From: an uncultured delta proteobacterium
GTDB lineage: Bacteria > Myxococcota > Myxococcia > Myxococcales > Myxococcaceae
Direction: 5' to 3'
Assembly (NCBI GenBank): GCA_963776345.1
Contig: CAVZMH010000012.1
Span: forward strand, 96,001-160,000
Length of the DNA: 64,000 nucleotides
A program made the position numbers and the translations under genes. The notes under the pieces are model-generated. The model had not been told where the DNA came from. It made no database searches and was given only the letters and a program-made list of their open reading frames with translations. Positions 20,380 to 31,052 of this stretch are shown here, piece after piece (within the stretch, counting starts at the first letter, position 1; the number at the start of each line of letters is the position of its first letter).

Positions 20380-21606
20380 TTGCGCGCCCCCTCCCTGGTG
20401 GCCGAGGACGCCGACTCGGCCCTGGCGCTGCTGCTCTCCGCCGCCCGGGGCGCGCAGGCCTGCGGCTACGGCGCCGAGGACACCGAGCGGCTGGTGTGCG
20501 AGCTCGCCGCGCAGCTCGGGATGGCCGACGTCCAGATGTCGAGCCTCCCCACCCAGCTCCAGCTCGCCATCGGCATCCCCGGGCAGCAGCGGGTGGTGCT
20601 GCTCCGGGTGGAGCCGATGCCGGTGGACCTGGACCGCATCGTCCGGCTCGACGCGGTGGCCCGCGAGGTGAAGGCGGGGCGCATCGGCCCGCGCGAGGCG
20701 AGCGTCCGCATCGACGCCATCGGGCGCTCGCCGCCTCCGTACCGCGCGCCGATGCTCCTCTTCGCCTACTGCCTCGCCGCGGCCGGGGCGGTGCTGCTGT
20801 TCGGCGAGGACCTCCCCGAGGCGCTCACCGCCGCGCTCGCCGGGCTCGCGGTGGGGGCCATCGCCGTGGTCCGCAGCCGGGTGCGCGAGCTGGACCTCGC
20901 CGCCGAGCTGGTCTCCGCGGTGCTGGCCGGCTTCATCTGCCAGACCGCCTCGGCGCGCATCTGGCCCCTCGACCCCCGCGTGGCCACCCTGGGCGCGGTG
21001 GTGGTGCTGCTCCCGGGCTTCACCCTCACCCAGGCGGTGCGCGAGCTGCAGACGCGCAATCTGCTCTCCGGCCTGGCGGGCTTCGGCGCCGCGTCGGTCA
21101 GCTTCCTGGCCCTGGTCATCGGCGCGGTGCTCGGGGGCGCGCTGGGAGCGCGCCTGTTCGGGCCGGCGCGGGTGCCGCCCGTCGAGCTGCCGGACTGGAC
21201 CTTCCTCCTCGGCGCAGCGGCCCTGGGGCTGGCGGCGGTGGTGGTGCTCCGGGCGCCGCGGAGAGAGGCGCCCACGGTGGTGGCTGCGGCGCTGCTCTCG
21301 GCCGGGGTGAGCCACGCGGTCTCGCGAACGGTGGGCCCGGCGCTCGGCGCCTTCGTGGGGGCGGTGGTCATCGGGCTGGTGGCGCACCTCAACGGGCGGC
21401 TGCGGAGCCGTCCGGTGTGGCTGGTCACCATCCCCGGGGTGCTGGTCCTCGTTCCGGGGAGCATCGGTTACCGGAGCCTCCTCGACCTCGTGGACCGCGA
21501 CGTGGCGACCAGCATCGAGACGGCGTTCCAGATGATCCTCACCGCGGCAGGCATCGTCTTCGGGCTGCTGATGACCGACGCGGTCGGCGCGCGGTCTCGC
21601 CGGTAG
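20380..21606 (+). CDS. Threonine/serine exporter family (ThrE) protein
   Basis: Soluble N-terminal domain then about 10 TM segments; LLPGFTLT and LVPGSIGY motifs; start uncertain. Confidence 0.8.
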   Translation: MRAPSLVAEDADSALALLLSAARGAQACGYGAEDTERLVCELAAQLGMADVQMSSLPTQLQLAIGIPGQQRVVLLRVEPMPVDLDRIVRLDAVAREVKAGRIGPREASVRIDAIGRSPPPYRAPMLLFAYCLAAAGAVLLFGEDLPEALTAALAGLAVGAIAVVRSRVRELDLAAELVSAVLAGFICQTASARIWPLDPRVATLGAVVVLLPGFTLTQAVRELQTRNLLSGLAGFGAASVSFLALVIGAVLGGALGARLFGPARVPPVELPDWTFLLGAAALGLAAVVVLRAPRREAPTVVAAALLSAGVSHAVSRTVGPALGAFVGAVVIGLVAHLNGRLRSRPVWLVTIPGVLVLVPGSIGYRSLLDLVDRDVATSIETAFQMILTAAGIVFGLLMTDAVGARSRR

Positions 21607-21618
21607 GGACGGCTCCGT

Positions 21619-22536
21619 TCAGCTGGACGGACGAGCCGACGGGCGGGCGAACAGCTCGGAGCGCGCGGTCTCGGTGATGGCGACCACGGCGGGGTGCCGC
21701 AGCTTCCGCTCGACGGTGAGAGCCCAGTAGCGCTCGCGCACCCCGTCCACCGTGCCCACTCGCTCGACCCCGTAGGCCGCGCGGACCTCGGACTCCACCG
21801 CCTCCGGCGCCGGGAAGACCCCGGCCCCGGCCTCGCCGAAGGACTCCATCAGCGCGCTGTCCTGGAACTCGCCGACCACGCGGGGGCGGATTCCCCGGGT
21901 ATCGAACCAGTGCGCCAGCGACCGCTGCAGTGCCGCGCCCTCCGCGGCGCCGAGCAGCGGGACGCCCTCCATCGACTTCGGGAACCCGGGCGCGAGCTTG
22001 CGGGCCAGCGCCGGACGGGCGAACAGCCCCACCCCGCACTCGCCGAGGAGGTGGCTGTAGGCCCGCACCGGCGACGGAGCCGGGGCGTCGGAGAGCACCA
22101 GGTCGAGGCTGTGGGCGGCGAGCTCCGCGACCAGCCTCTCCGGCCGGGCCTCCTGGACCACCAGCTGGACCGGCTCGTCGGACTCCAGGGCCGGGGCGAG
22201 CAGCCGGTGCGCCACGCGCTTCTCCAGCGAGTCGGAGACGCCGACCACCAGCCGCCGCGGGCGCGCCACCGGACGTCCGCGGAGCGTGTCCTGGAGCTCG
22301 CGGCCGAGGCTGAAGATCTCCTCGGCGTAGCGGAAGACGACCTGCCCCACGTCGGTCAGCACCAGCGAGCGGCCCTGGCGCTCGAGGAGCTTCTCGCCGA
22401 AGGCGTTCTCCAAGACCTTGATCTGCCCGCTGATCGTGGGCTGGGCGAGCCGGAGCACCTTGCTGGCCTTGGAGACGCCGCCCTCGCGGACCACGGTCCA
22501 GAAGTAGAAGAGGTGGTGATAATTGAGCCAGTCCAT
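21619..22536 (-). CDS. nhaR: LysR-family transcriptional activator, NhaR-like
   Basis: WLNYHHLFYFW, QPTISGQIK, VFRYAEEIF, SHLLGECGV, VGEFQDSALM, ERKLRHPAV. Confidence 0.85.
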   Translation of the reverse strand: MDWLNYHHLFYFWTVVREGGVSKASKVLRLAQPTISGQIKVLENAFGEKLLERQGRSLVLTDVGQVVFRYAEEIFSLGRELQDTLRGRPVARPRRLVVGVSDSLEKRVAHRLLAPALESDEPVQLVVQEARPERLVAELAAHSLDLVLSDAPAPSPVRAYSHLLGECGVGLFARPALARKLAPGFPKSMEGVPLLGAAEGAALQRSLAHWFDTRGIRPRVVGEFQDSALMESFGEAGAGVFPAPEAVESEVRAAYGVERVGTVDGVRERYWALTVERKLRHPAVVAITETARSELFARPSARPSS

Positions 22537-22551
22537 GGCCGCCGGTCTCCT

Positions 22552-22596
22552 ATCGGGAAGAAGAATGGATTGCTGCGAGTTTATCGATTTGCCGAT
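22552..22596. promoter_or_regulatory. Putative tandem LysR (NhaR) binding boxes between nhaR and htpX
   Basis: ATCGGGAAGAAGAAT-16 nt-ATCGATTTGCCGAT, AT-rich against the background; same layout at 23790. Confidence 0.6.
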
Positions 22597-22643
22597 GTGT
22601 TCGCTCCGTCTTAACGCTGGGGGGCACGGAGGTCACAACGACC

Positions 22644-23528
22644 ATGAACCAGCTCAAGACCGTTCTGCTCCTGGGCATCCTTTCGGCGATCCTGGTGGGC
22701 GTCGGCGGAGCGCTGGGACCCAACGCGCTCGGCCTCAGCATCGCGCTGGCGGTGGCGATGAACGTCGGCGCCTACTTCTTCAGCGACCGGATCGTCCTGG
22801 CGATGCACCGCGCCCAGGAGATCTCGCCGTCCGAGTCCCCGGAGCTCCACCGGATGGTGGAGGAGCTCTCGGCCCGGGCGGGCATCCCCAAGCCGCGGCT
22901 GTACCTCATCCCCGAGCTGCAGCCGAACGCCTTCGCCACCGGCCGGAACCCCGAGAACGCGGCGGTCGCCGTCACCTCGGGAACGCTACAGTTCTTGGAC
23001 CGGCGGGAGCTGCGGGGCGTGCTGGCGCACGAGCTGGGGCACGTGAAGAACCGCGACATCCTGGTCTCGAGCATCGCCGCCACGGTGGCCGCGGCCATCA
23101 CCTACGTGGCGCACGCGGTGGGCTTCTTCGGCGCCGCGAGCTCGGACGAGGACGGGCCCTCGCCGGTGCAGGCGCTGCTCCTGGCCCTGGTGGCGCCCGT
23201 CGCCGCGACGCTGATCCAGCTCGGCATCTCCCGCTCTCGCGAGTTCGGCGCGGACCGGACCGGCGCGGAGATCTCCGGCGACCCCGAGGCGCTCGCCCGG
23301 GCGCTGGAGAAGCTGGACCAGGCGGCGCACTCCGTCCCGGCCCCGATGCGGCCGGCCACGGCCAGCCTCTTCATCGTCAATCCCTTCTCGGCGACCGAGG
23401 GCGTCCTCAATCTCTTCTCGACCCACCCCCCGCCGCGAGAGCGCATCCGGCGCCTCCGCGCGATGCAGGTTCAGGCCGGCGGATGGCCGGTGGGAGCCCA
23501 TGAGGCGGCCCTCGACCCCGGCTGGTGA
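22644..23528 (+). CDS. htpX: Zinc metalloprotease HtpX (M48)
   Basis: QPNAFATGRNP, LAHELGHVKNRD, ISRSREFGAD, FSTHPP; GGAGG RBS. Confidence 0.93.
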   Translation: MNQLKTVLLLGILSAILVGVGGALGPNALGLSIALAVAMNVGAYFFSDRIVLAMHRAQEISPSESPELHRMVEELSARAGIPKPRLYLIPELQPNAFATGRNPENAAVAVTSGTLQFLDRRELRGVLAHELGHVKNRDILVSSIAATVAAAITYVAHAVGFFGAASSDEDGPSPVQALLLALVAPVAATLIQLGISRSREFGADRTGAEISGDPEALARALEKLDQAAHSVPAPMRPATASLFIVNPFSATEGVLNLFSTHPPPRERIRRLRAMQVQAGGWPVGAHEAALDPGW

Positions 23529-23817
23529 CCACCCCCGCGCCCGTCTCCGGCGCCTGGGCAACCTGGTCGGGGGCTGGGCGCTGGTGGTGGTGGGCGCCAT
23601 CCTGATTCCCCTGCCCGGCCCCGGGTGGCTGGTGGTGGGCATCGGGCTCCTCGTGCTCGGCCGGGAGGTGCGGTGGGCGCGGGGAGCCCTCATCCGCCTG
23701 GAGCGCTTCATGCGCCGGCACGGGATGAGGACCTCGCTCCGCCGGCTCCTCGACCGCAGCCGCCGGGAGAGGATGCGGCATCCACATCCATCGGTTAAAC
23801 CGATAAATCCAGCCTGA
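23500..23817 (+). CDS. PGPGW-domain small membrane protein
   Basis: LIPLPGPGWL...LGREVRWA; start uncertain. Confidence 0.75.
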   Translation: MRRPSTPAGDHPRARLRRLGNLVGGWALVVVGAILIPLPGPGWLVVGIGLLVLGREVRWARGALIRLERFMRRHGMRTSLRRLLDRSRRERMRHPHPSVKPINPA

Positions 23818-23835
23818 ATTATCTGGTTGTACGAA
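23790..23835. promoter_or_regulatory. Putative tandem LysR (NhaR) boxes upstream of terC-ftsH
   Basis: Palindrome ATCGGTT-A-AACCGAT (T-N11-A), 16 nt spacer, then ATCTGGTTGTACGAA. Confidence 0.6.
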
Positions 23836-23911
23836 GGCTCTCGCCGCCGCACATCCAGTGCCTGAGCGGCCCCCGAGCAGCTGCCCCGGGCCGCCCCGAG
23901 GAGCCCGTCCG

Positions 23912-24871
23912 ATGCTGTCCGTCGTCTCGCTGGGAAGCTGGCCCTTGTGGGTGGGCTTCCTGACCTTCGTGGGGATGATGCTCGCCCTCGACCTGGGCGT
24001 GTTCCACCGGAAGGCCCACGCGGTGTCCTTGCGCGAGGCGGCGGTGTGGAGCTCGGTGTGGATCGCGCTGGCCAGCGTGTTCGCCCTGGGGGTCTTCCAC
24101 TTCTACGGCGCGCAGCGAGGGCTGGAGTTCACCACCGGCTACCTGATCGAGAAGGCGCTCAGCGTCGACAACATCTTCGTCATGGTCATCGTCTTCGGGG
24201 CCTTCGGCGTCCCGGCACACCAGCAGCACCGGGTGCTGTTCTGGGGCATCCTCGGCGCGCTGGCGATGCGGGCGGTGTTCATCCTGGCCGGGACGGCGCT
24301 GATCGCACGCTTCCATTGGACCGTCTACGTCTTCGGCCTGTTCCTGGTGCTCACCGGGGTGAAGATGCTCCTCGCGCGGGGGGAGGAGGGGCACCCGGAG
24401 AACAACGTGCTGGTCCGTCTGGCTCGGAAGGTGCTACCGGTCGCCCCCGGTCAGGACACCGAGCACTTCTTCACCCGGATCGACGGAAGACGGATGGTCA
24501 CCCCGCTGTTCCTGGCGCTGCTGGCGGTGGAGTTCACCGACCTCATCTTCGCCGTGGATTCGATCCCCGCCGTCCTGGCGGTGAGCCGGGACCCGTTCAT
24601 CGTCTTCACCTCGAACATCTTTGCCATCCTGGGACTAAGGTCCCTCTACTTCCTCCTGGCTGGCGTGGTGCAGAAGTTCCGTTATTTGAAGGTGGGGCTG
24701 GCCCTGGTGCTGGTCTTCGTCGGGGTGAAGATGACCATCGTGGACGTCTTCAAGATCCCCGTGGGCGTGTCGCTGGCGGTGGTGGCACTGCTGATTGCCG
24801 GGGCGATCCTCTCGTCCCTGCTGGTGGACGGGCGGCGGAGGGCGTTGGAGGAAAGGACGGCAGCCTCGTGA
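23912..24871 (+). CDS. TerC/Alx family membrane protein
   Basis: GYLIEKALSVDNIFV, QHRVLFWG, DLIFAVDSIPA, TSNIFAILGLRSLYF. Confidence 0.93.
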   Translation: MLSVVSLGSWPLWVGFLTFVGMMLALDLGVFHRKAHAVSLREAAVWSSVWIALASVFALGVFHFYGAQRGLEFTTGYLIEKALSVDNIFVMVIVFGAFGVPAHQQHRVLFWGILGALAMRAVFILAGTALIARFHWTVYVFGLFLVLTGVKMLLARGEEGHPENNVLVRLARKVLPVAPGQDTEHFFTRIDGRRMVTPLFLALLAVEFTDLIFAVDSIPAVLAVSRDPFIVFTSNIFAILGLRSLYFLLAGVVQKFRYLKVGLALVLVFVGVKMTIVDVFKIPVGVSLAVVALLIAGAILSSLLVDGRRRALEERTAAS

Positions 24872-26718
24872 ACAAGACGCGGTTCAACATCGCCTACGTG
24901 GTGGTCGCAGTGATGGCGGTGCTCTTCATCCAGGACTGGGTGCGGACCAGCCAGGCCGTGGCGGTCATCCCCTACAGCCAGTTCCAGAAGCTGCTCGACG
25001 AGAAGAAGGTCACCGAGGTCACCGTCGGGGAGGACCGCATCCGCGGCACGCTGAAGGAGCCCATCGAGGGCGGGAAGACGCACTTCTCCACCTTCAAGGT
25101 GGACAAGGACATCGCGGCCGCCCTGGACAAGGCGGGCGTCAAGTTCGCCGGCCAGGAGGAGAACACCTGGTTCACCGCGCTGCTCGGGCTGGTCGCGCCC
25201 ACGCTGATCTTCTTCGCCATCTGGGCGGTGCTGATGCGGCGCATGGCCAAAGGGATGGGCGGGGGAGGCGGGGGCCTGCTGGCCATCGGGAAGAGCAAGG
25301 CCAAGGTCTTCGTCGAGACCGACATCAAGACCCGCTTCTCGGACGTCGCCGGCGTGGACGAGGCCAAGGCCGAGCTGGCCGAGGTGGTGGAGTTCCTCAA
25401 GAGCCCGGAGGAGCACTCGAGGCTGGGCGGCCGGATGCCCAAGGGCGTGCTGCTGGTGGGCCCTCCTGGCACCGGGAAGACGCTGCTCGCCCGCGCAGTG
25501 GCCGGCGAGGCGGCCGTGCCGTTCTTCTCCATCAGCGGCAGCGAGTTCGTGGAGATGTTCGTCGGGGTGGGGGCGGCGCGGGTGCGCGACCTGTTCGAGC
25601 AGGCCCGCGGGAAGGCGCCGTGCATCATCTTCATCGACGAGCTGGACGCGCTGGGGCGCGCCCGCGCGGCCTCGGGCCTGGTGGGCGGGCACGACGAGAA
25701 GGAGCAGACCTTGAACCAGCTCCTGGTCGAGCTGGACGGGTTCGACCAGAGCGCAGGCATCGTGCTGATCGGCGCGACCAACCGGCCGGAGATCCTCGAC
25801 CCGGCGCTGCTCCGCGCCGGCCGCTTCGACCGCCAGGTGCTGCTGGACCGGCCTGACCGGGTGGGCCGGGTGGCCATCCTCAAGGTCCACATGGCGAAGG
25901 TGAAGGTGGCGACCACCGTGGACGCCGACCAGATCGCCGCCCTGACCCCGGGCTTCACCGGGGCGGACCTGGCGAACCTGGTCAACGAGGCCGCGCTCTC
26001 GGCCACCCGGCGCAAGGCCGAGGCGGTGGAGCGACAGGACTTCGACTCGGCGATCGAGCGGATCATCGCCGGCCTGGAGAAGAAGAACCGGCTCCTGAAC
26101 CCGCGCGAGCGGGAGATCGTCGCCTTCCACGAGATGGGGCACGCCCTGGCCGCCGCGGCGACGACCGGCGTGGACCCGGTGCACAAGGTGAGCATCATCC
26201 CCCGTGGCATCGGCGCGCTGGGCTACACGCTCCAGCGGCCCATCGAGGACCGCTACCTCATGACCCGGGAGGAGCTGGAGGGAAAGCTGGTGGTGCTGCT
26301 CGGCGGACGCACTGCGGAGGGCCTGGTCTTCGAGCACACCTCGACCGGCGCGGCGGACGACCTGTCCAAGGCCACCGACATCGCCCGGAGCATGGCGACC
26401 CGGTACGCGATGGTGCCGGCGCTGGGCCCGGTGACCTACGACGAGGAGAATCATAGCTACCTGGGGCTGCCGACGATGAGCCGGCGGACGTTCAGCGAGG
26501 AGACCGCGCGGGAGATCGACCTGGCGGTGCGGGAGATCGTCCAGAACGCCTCGGAGCGGTGCCGCACGCTGCTCGCCCAGCGCCGGCAGACGCTGGAGAA
26601 GGCCGCGCGGCTCCTGCTGGAGAAGGAGACGCTGATCGACGTGGAGCTGAAGCCGCTGTTCGACGAGGCGCGGGCCGAGGCGGCGCAGGCGGTGCCACGG
26701 GTCGTCTCGCGGTCCTGA
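24868..26718 (+). CDS. ftsH: ATP-dependent zinc metalloprotease FtsH
   Basis: Two N-terminal TMs, [41 protein letters not shown]. Confidence 0.95.
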   Translation: MNKTRFNIAYVVVAVMAVLFIQDWVRTSQAVAVIPYSQFQKLLDEKKVTEVTVGEDRIRGTLKEPIEGGKTHFSTFKVDKDIAAALDKAGVKFAGQEENTWFTALLGLVAPTLIFFAIWAVLMRRMAKGMGGGGGGLLAIGKSKAKVFVETDIKTRFSDVAGVDEAKAELAEVVEFLKSPEEHSRLGGRMPKGVLLVGPPGTGKTLLARAVAGEAAVPFFSISGSEFVEMFVGVGAARVRDLFEQARGKAPCIIFIDELDALGRARAASGLVGGHDEKEQTLNQLLVELDGFDQSAGIVLIGATNRPEILDPALLRAGRFDRQVLLDRPDRVGRVAILKVHMAKVKVATTVDADQIAALTPGFTGADLANLVNEAALSATRRKAEAVERQDFDSAIERIIAGLEKKNRLLNPREREIVAFHEMGHALAAAATTGVDPVHKVSIIPRGIGALGYTLQRPIEDRYLMTREELEGKLVVLLGGRTAEGLVFEHTSTGAADDLSKATDIARSMATRYAMVPALGPVTYDEENHSYLGLPTMSRRTFSEETAREIDLAVREIVQNASERCRTLLAQRRQTLEKAARLLLEKETLIDVELKPLFDEARAEAAQAVPRVVSRS

Positions 26719-26767
26719 GCGTCCGGGGCTGGTCGAGTCGGACGCCGGCGGGCGGAGGTGACACGGG

Positions 26768-27214
26768 ATGGGTGAGCTGGCGAGTCAGGAGCCGCGGGCC
26801 GTGGTGGTGGTCGGACCGACCACGGGCTTCCGGACCGAGGTCGACGTCGGCGGTCACCACCTGGTGGTCGACGAGCCGACCGCAGTGGGCGGGACCGACG
26901 CCGGTCCCTCTCCCTACGAGATGCTCCTCGCCGGGCTCGGGGCGTGCACGGCGATGACGCTCCGGCTCTACGCCGACCGGCGTGGGTGGCCGCTGGAGCG
27001 AGTGCGGGTGAGCCTGCAGCACCGGAAGGTGCACGCGCAGGATTGCGTCGACTGCGAGAAGAAGACGGCGAAGATGGACGTGGTGGACCGGGTGGTGTTC
27101 CTGGACGGCGCGCTGGACGACACCCAGCGGGCGAAGCTCCTGGAGATCGCCGAGCGCTGTCCGGTGCAACAGACCCTGCAGAGCAAGATCCAGGTGAACA
27201 CCCGGGTGGGGTAG
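26768..27214 (+). CDS. OsmC family protein
   Basis: DEP..GGTDAGPSPYE, LGACTAMT, IAERCPV. Confidence 0.9.
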   Translation: MGELASQEPRAVVVVGPTTGFRTEVDVGGHHLVVDEPTAVGGTDAGPSPYEMLLAGLGACTAMTLRLYADRRGWPLERVRVSLQHRKVHAQDCVDCEKKTAKMDVVDRVVFLDGALDDTQRAKLLEIAERCPVQQTLQSKIQVNTRVG

Positions 27215-27270
27215 CTCCGGACCGGAGGGCTGCCGTTGCGCCCGAGTCCCTCGCTCCGACGGATGACCGC

Positions 27271-27486
27271 CTAGAAGTGCGGCGGCCGCTCGGGGATGGT
27301 CGCGTCCACCAGCCCGGGCTCGATGGCGGCGACCTTCTGCCCCATGGCGCCCAGCTCGTGCTCCAGCCGTTCCAGGGCCCGCCCCTGGGCGTAGACCACG
27401 TCACTCAGCTCCTGGAGCAGCCGCTGCTGCTCGGTGAACCGCAGCTCGAGCTCGACGATGCGCTCCTCCTTGACCGTCCCCTTCAT
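27271..27486 (-). CDS. slyX: SlyX family protein
   Basis: RIVELELRFTEQ...LSDVV...ERPPHF. Confidence 0.8.
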   Translation of the reverse strand: MKGTVKEERIVELELRFTEQQRLLQELSDVVYAQGRALERLEHELGAMGQKVAAIEPGLVDATIPERPPHF

Positions 27487-27596
27487 GACCGTCCCCTTCC
27501 TGGACGGGCGCCCCGTCGATTCGGGACGCCCCCCGCGCAGGTCCATCGCTCCAGCCGATGGACGATCCAGCTGCTTTCACTCTCACGTCGACGCGG

Positions 27597-27615
27597 GGAG
27601 GTGTCAAACACCTCC
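27597..27615 (-). repeat. REP-like element, locus B (solo copy)
   Basis: GGAGGTGT-CAA-ACACCTCC hairpin; the minus strand reads GAGGTGTTTGACACCTCC, identical to 46392-46409. Confidence 0.7.
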
Positions 27616-27671
27616 GATGGGGTGAAGGCGTAGGACCTGGGTCCAACTCGACGAGTAACCCCCCGCGTCCG

Positions 27672-28697
27672 TCACGCCAGCTCGAACCGCAGCTCGCCGA
27701 GCTTCTCGACGCTGCACTGGATCCGGTCGCCCGCCTTCAGCCAGACCTGCTGCGCCTCGGGCTTGCCGACGATGACGCCCTCGGGCGTGCCGGTGGAGAT
27801 GAGATCCCCGGGGACAAGCGTGAACAGCGACGAGGCGTAGGCGATGATCTGCGCGCAGGTGAAGATCATGTCGCTGGTGTTCGAGGACTGGCGCTGCTCG
27901 CCGTTCACCCGGGTCTCGAGCTTGAGGCTCTGCGGATCCCCCACCAGATCCGCGCCCACCAGCCAGGGCCCGATGGGCATGAAGCCGTCCGAGGTCTTGC
28001 CGATCATGAACTGCGTGGCCTTGCCGTCGCGGAACTGGAGGTCGCGGGCGGAGAAGTCGTTCCCGGTGGCGTAGCCGAACACGTGGCCGAGCGCGTCGGC
28101 CTCGGAGACGTCCTTGGCGGTCTTGCCGATGATGACCTGGAGCTCCACCTCGTAGTCGAACTTCTTCGCCACCTTGGTGGGCAGGTGGATGACGCCCTCG
28201 TGACCGCAGAGCGCGTTGTTGTACTTGTTGAAGAGCACCGGGGCCTTGGGGATCGGCGTGCCGGTCTCCTGGGCGTGCCGCCGGTAGTTGAAGCCCAGCA
28301 TGATGATCTTCTGCGGCCGGGTGATGCACGGCCCGAAGCGCGCCTCCTCGATGGGAACCAGCGCCGTCTTGACCGCCGATGCGGACGCGGCGAGCACCTT
28401 CTGCAGCCCCGCCGCATTCTTGCCCTCGATCACCTCGTCGGTGCTCGTGGGAACCGCGACCCGGAGCGCCTTGCCGGCCTTCGCCACGTCGAGGATCTTG
28501 TTCTCGCGCCGGATTCCCAGGGTGTCCCCCTGCTGGGTCCGGAGGGTGCAGTAAGCCAGCGAGCGGATCGCCGGGGTGGCCGTTCCCGGGCTCGACGGCG
28601 TCGGGGCACCCGCGCCCCGGGCGGCGGACTGGAAGATCACCGAGCCTGCGGCGGCGACCCCGGCGTTCCTCAGCAAGGTCCTGCGGGTGGTTTCCAT
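27672..28697 (-). CDS. Fumarylacetoacetate hydrolase family protein with Tat-like leader
   Basis: GFNYRRHAQE, FDYEVEL, GNDFSARDLQ, PGDLISTGTPEGV; N-terminus METTRRTLLRNAGVAAAG. Confidence 0.88.
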   Translation of the reverse strand: METTRRTLLRNAGVAAAGSVIFQSAARGAGAPTPSSPGTATPAIRSLAYCTLRTQQGDTLGIRRENKILDVAKAGKALRVAVPTSTDEVIEGKNAAGLQKVLAASASAVKTALVPIEEARFGPCITRPQKIIMLGFNYRRHAQETGTPIPKAPVLFNKYNNALCGHEGVIHLPTKVAKKFDYEVELQVIIGKTAKDVSEADALGHVFGYATGNDFSARDLQFRDGKATQFMIGKTSDGFMPIGPWLVGADLVGDPQSLKLETRVNGEQRQSSNTSDMIFTCAQIIAYASSLFTLVPGDLISTGTPEGVIVGKPEAQQVWLKAGDRIQCSVEKLGELRFELA

Positions 28698-28835
28698 GGG
28701 AACTCCTCCTCGGAGGGAGCGAGAGGTTGCATGCGGCGGGGCGGGAGCGCCAGCGCCACGAGCCTGACGCCGCGCGCCAGTTGCCACTGGACGGCGGTGG
28801 CCGGCCCCCGTCCAACCGTGTAGAGAGCACGCACC

Positions 28836-30027
28836 GTGGACGCCAACTTCCTCACCGACCTGGCCGCCCGGACGCGCGAGCTCCGTGAGCAGGGCCTCTA
28901 CAAGAACGAGCGGATCCTCGTCTCTCCCCAGAACGCGTCCATCCGCGTGGAGGGGGGTGCGCGAGGTCCTCAACTTCTGCGCCAACAACTACCTCGGCCT
29001 CGCCGACCACCCGAAGGTGGTGGAGACGGCCCGCAGCGCGCTGGAGAAGTACGGCTTCGGCATGGCCTCGGTGCGCTTCATCTGCGGCACCCAGGACCTC
29101 CACAAGACCCTCGAGGCACGGCTGAGCCGCTTCCTCGGGACCGAGGACACCATCCTCTACTCGAGCTGCTTCGACGCCAACGGCGGCCTGTTCGAGACGC
29201 TGCTCGGCGAGGAGGACGCGGTCATCACCGACGCGCTGAACCACGCCTCGATCATCGACGGCATCCGGCTGTGCAAGGCGAAGCGGCTCCGGTACGCGAA
29301 CAACGACATGGGCGAGCTGGAGGCCCGGCTCAAGGAGGCCTCGAGCGCCCGGTACCGGCTCATCGCCACCGACGGCGTGTTCTCGATGGACGGGATCATC
29401 GCCAATCTCCGGGCCATCTGCGACCTGGCGGACCGGCATCGCGCGCTGGTGATGGTGGACGACTCGCACGCGGTCGGCTTCGTGGGCGCCCGGGGCCGCG
29501 GGACGCCCGAGTTCTGCGAGGTGATGGGCCGGGTGGACATCATCACCGGCACGCTGGGTAAGGCGCTGGGTGGCGCGTCGGGCGGCTACACCGCGGCGCG
29601 GAAAGAAGTCGTCGCCTGGCTGCGGCAGCGGAGCCGGCCGTACCTGTTCTCCAACTCGCTGATGCCGGCCATCTGCGCGGCCACGCTCACCGTCCTCGAC
29701 CTGCTCGAGGGCGGCGACGAGCTGAGGAAGCAGCTCCGGGCCAACGCCGAACACTTCCGGAGCGAGATGACCAGGCTGGGCTTCAAGCTGGCCGGCGCGA
29801 ACCACCCCATCATCCCGGTGATGCTCGGGGACGCGAAGCTCGCCTCGACCTTCGCCGAGCAGATGCTGGCCGAGGGCGTGTACGTCGTCGGCTTCAGCTA
29901 CCCGGTGGTGCCGCAGGGCCAGGCGCGGATCCGGACGCAGATGTCCGCGGCGCACACCCGCGAGCAGCTCGACCGGGCGATCGCCGCCTTCGCCAAGGTG
30001 GGCCGCGCCCTGGGGGTGATCCGGTGA
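28836..30027 (+). CDS. kbl: Glycine C-acetyltransferase, +1 frameshift in a G run at 28952-28957
   Basis: [15 protein letters not shown] in one frame; [44 protein letters not shown] in the next; upstream of tdh. Confidence 0.93.
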
Positions 30028-31052
30028 GAGCGCTGGTGAAGGCCAAGGCCGAGCCCGGCATCTGGATGCAGGACGTGCCGGTGCCGGAGATCGGCCCGAA
30101 CGACGTGCTGATCAAGGTCCGCAAGGCGAGCATCTGCGGCACGGACATCCACATCTGGAACTGGGACCCGTGGTCGCAGAAGACCATCAAGGTCCCGATG
30201 GTCATCGGCCACGAGTTCATGGGCGAGGTGGCGAAGCTCGGGGCCGAGGTCACCGGGTTCCAGGTGGGGGACCGGGTGAGCGGCGAGGGGCACATCACCT
30301 GTGGCCACTGCCGGAACTGCCGCGCCGGCAAGCGGCACCTCTGCCGCAACACGCTGGGGCTGGGCGTGAACCGGCCGGGCTGCTTCGCCGAGTACCTGTC
30401 GCTGCCGGCGTTCAACGTCTTCCGGGTGCCCAAGGAGATCCCCGACGAGATCGCGTCGTTCTTCGATCCGCTGGGGAACGCGGTGCACACCGCGCTGTCG
30501 TTCGACCTGGTGGGCGAGGACGTGCTGATCACCGGCGCCGGGCCCATCGGGGTGATGGCGGCGGCAATCTCCCGGCACGTCGGCGCGCGGCACGTGGTGG
30601 TGACCGACGTGAACCCCTTCCGGCTGGAGCTGGCGCAGAAGATGGGCGCCACCCGCGCGGTGGACGTGCGGACCCAGACGCTCGGCGACGTGATGCGCGG
30701 GCTGGGGATGACCGAGGGCTTCGACGTCGGGATGGAGATGTCGGGGAACGGCCAGGCCTTCCGCGATCTCCTGGGGGTGATGAACCACGGCGGCCGGGTG
30801 GCGATCCTCGGCATTCCTCCCTCGGAGGTCTCGATCGACTGGAACCAGGTCATCTTCAAGGGCCTGATGCTGAAGGGCGTGTACGGCCGGGAGATGTTCG
30901 AGACCTGGTACAAGATGGTGGCGATGCTCCAGAGCGGCCTGGACGTCGCTCCGGTGGTGACTCACCGCTTTCCCGCGGTCCGGTACGCCGAGGCATTCGA
31001 GGCGATGCGCTCGGGCCAGAGCGGCAAGGTCGTCCTCGACTGGGCCGGTTGA
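30024..31052 (+). CDS. tdh: L-threonine 3-dehydrogenase
   Basis: [40 protein letters not shown]. Confidence 0.96.
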   Translation: MRALVKAKAEPGIWMQDVPVPEIGPNDVLIKVRKASICGTDIHIWNWDPWSQKTIKVPMVIGHEFMGEVAKLGAEVTGFQVGDRVSGEGHITCGHCRNCRAGKRHLCRNTLGLGVNRPGCFAEYLSLPAFNVFRVPKEIPDEIASFFDPLGNAVHTALSFDLVGEDVLITGAGPIGVMAAAISRHVGARHVVVTDVNPFRLELAQKMGATRAVDVRTQTLGDVMRGLGMTEGFDVGMEMSGNGQAFRDLLGVMNHGGRVAILGIPPSEVSIDWNQVIFKGLMLKGVYGREMFETWYKMVAMLQSGLDVAPVVTHRFPAVRYAEAFEAMRSGQSGKVVLDWAG

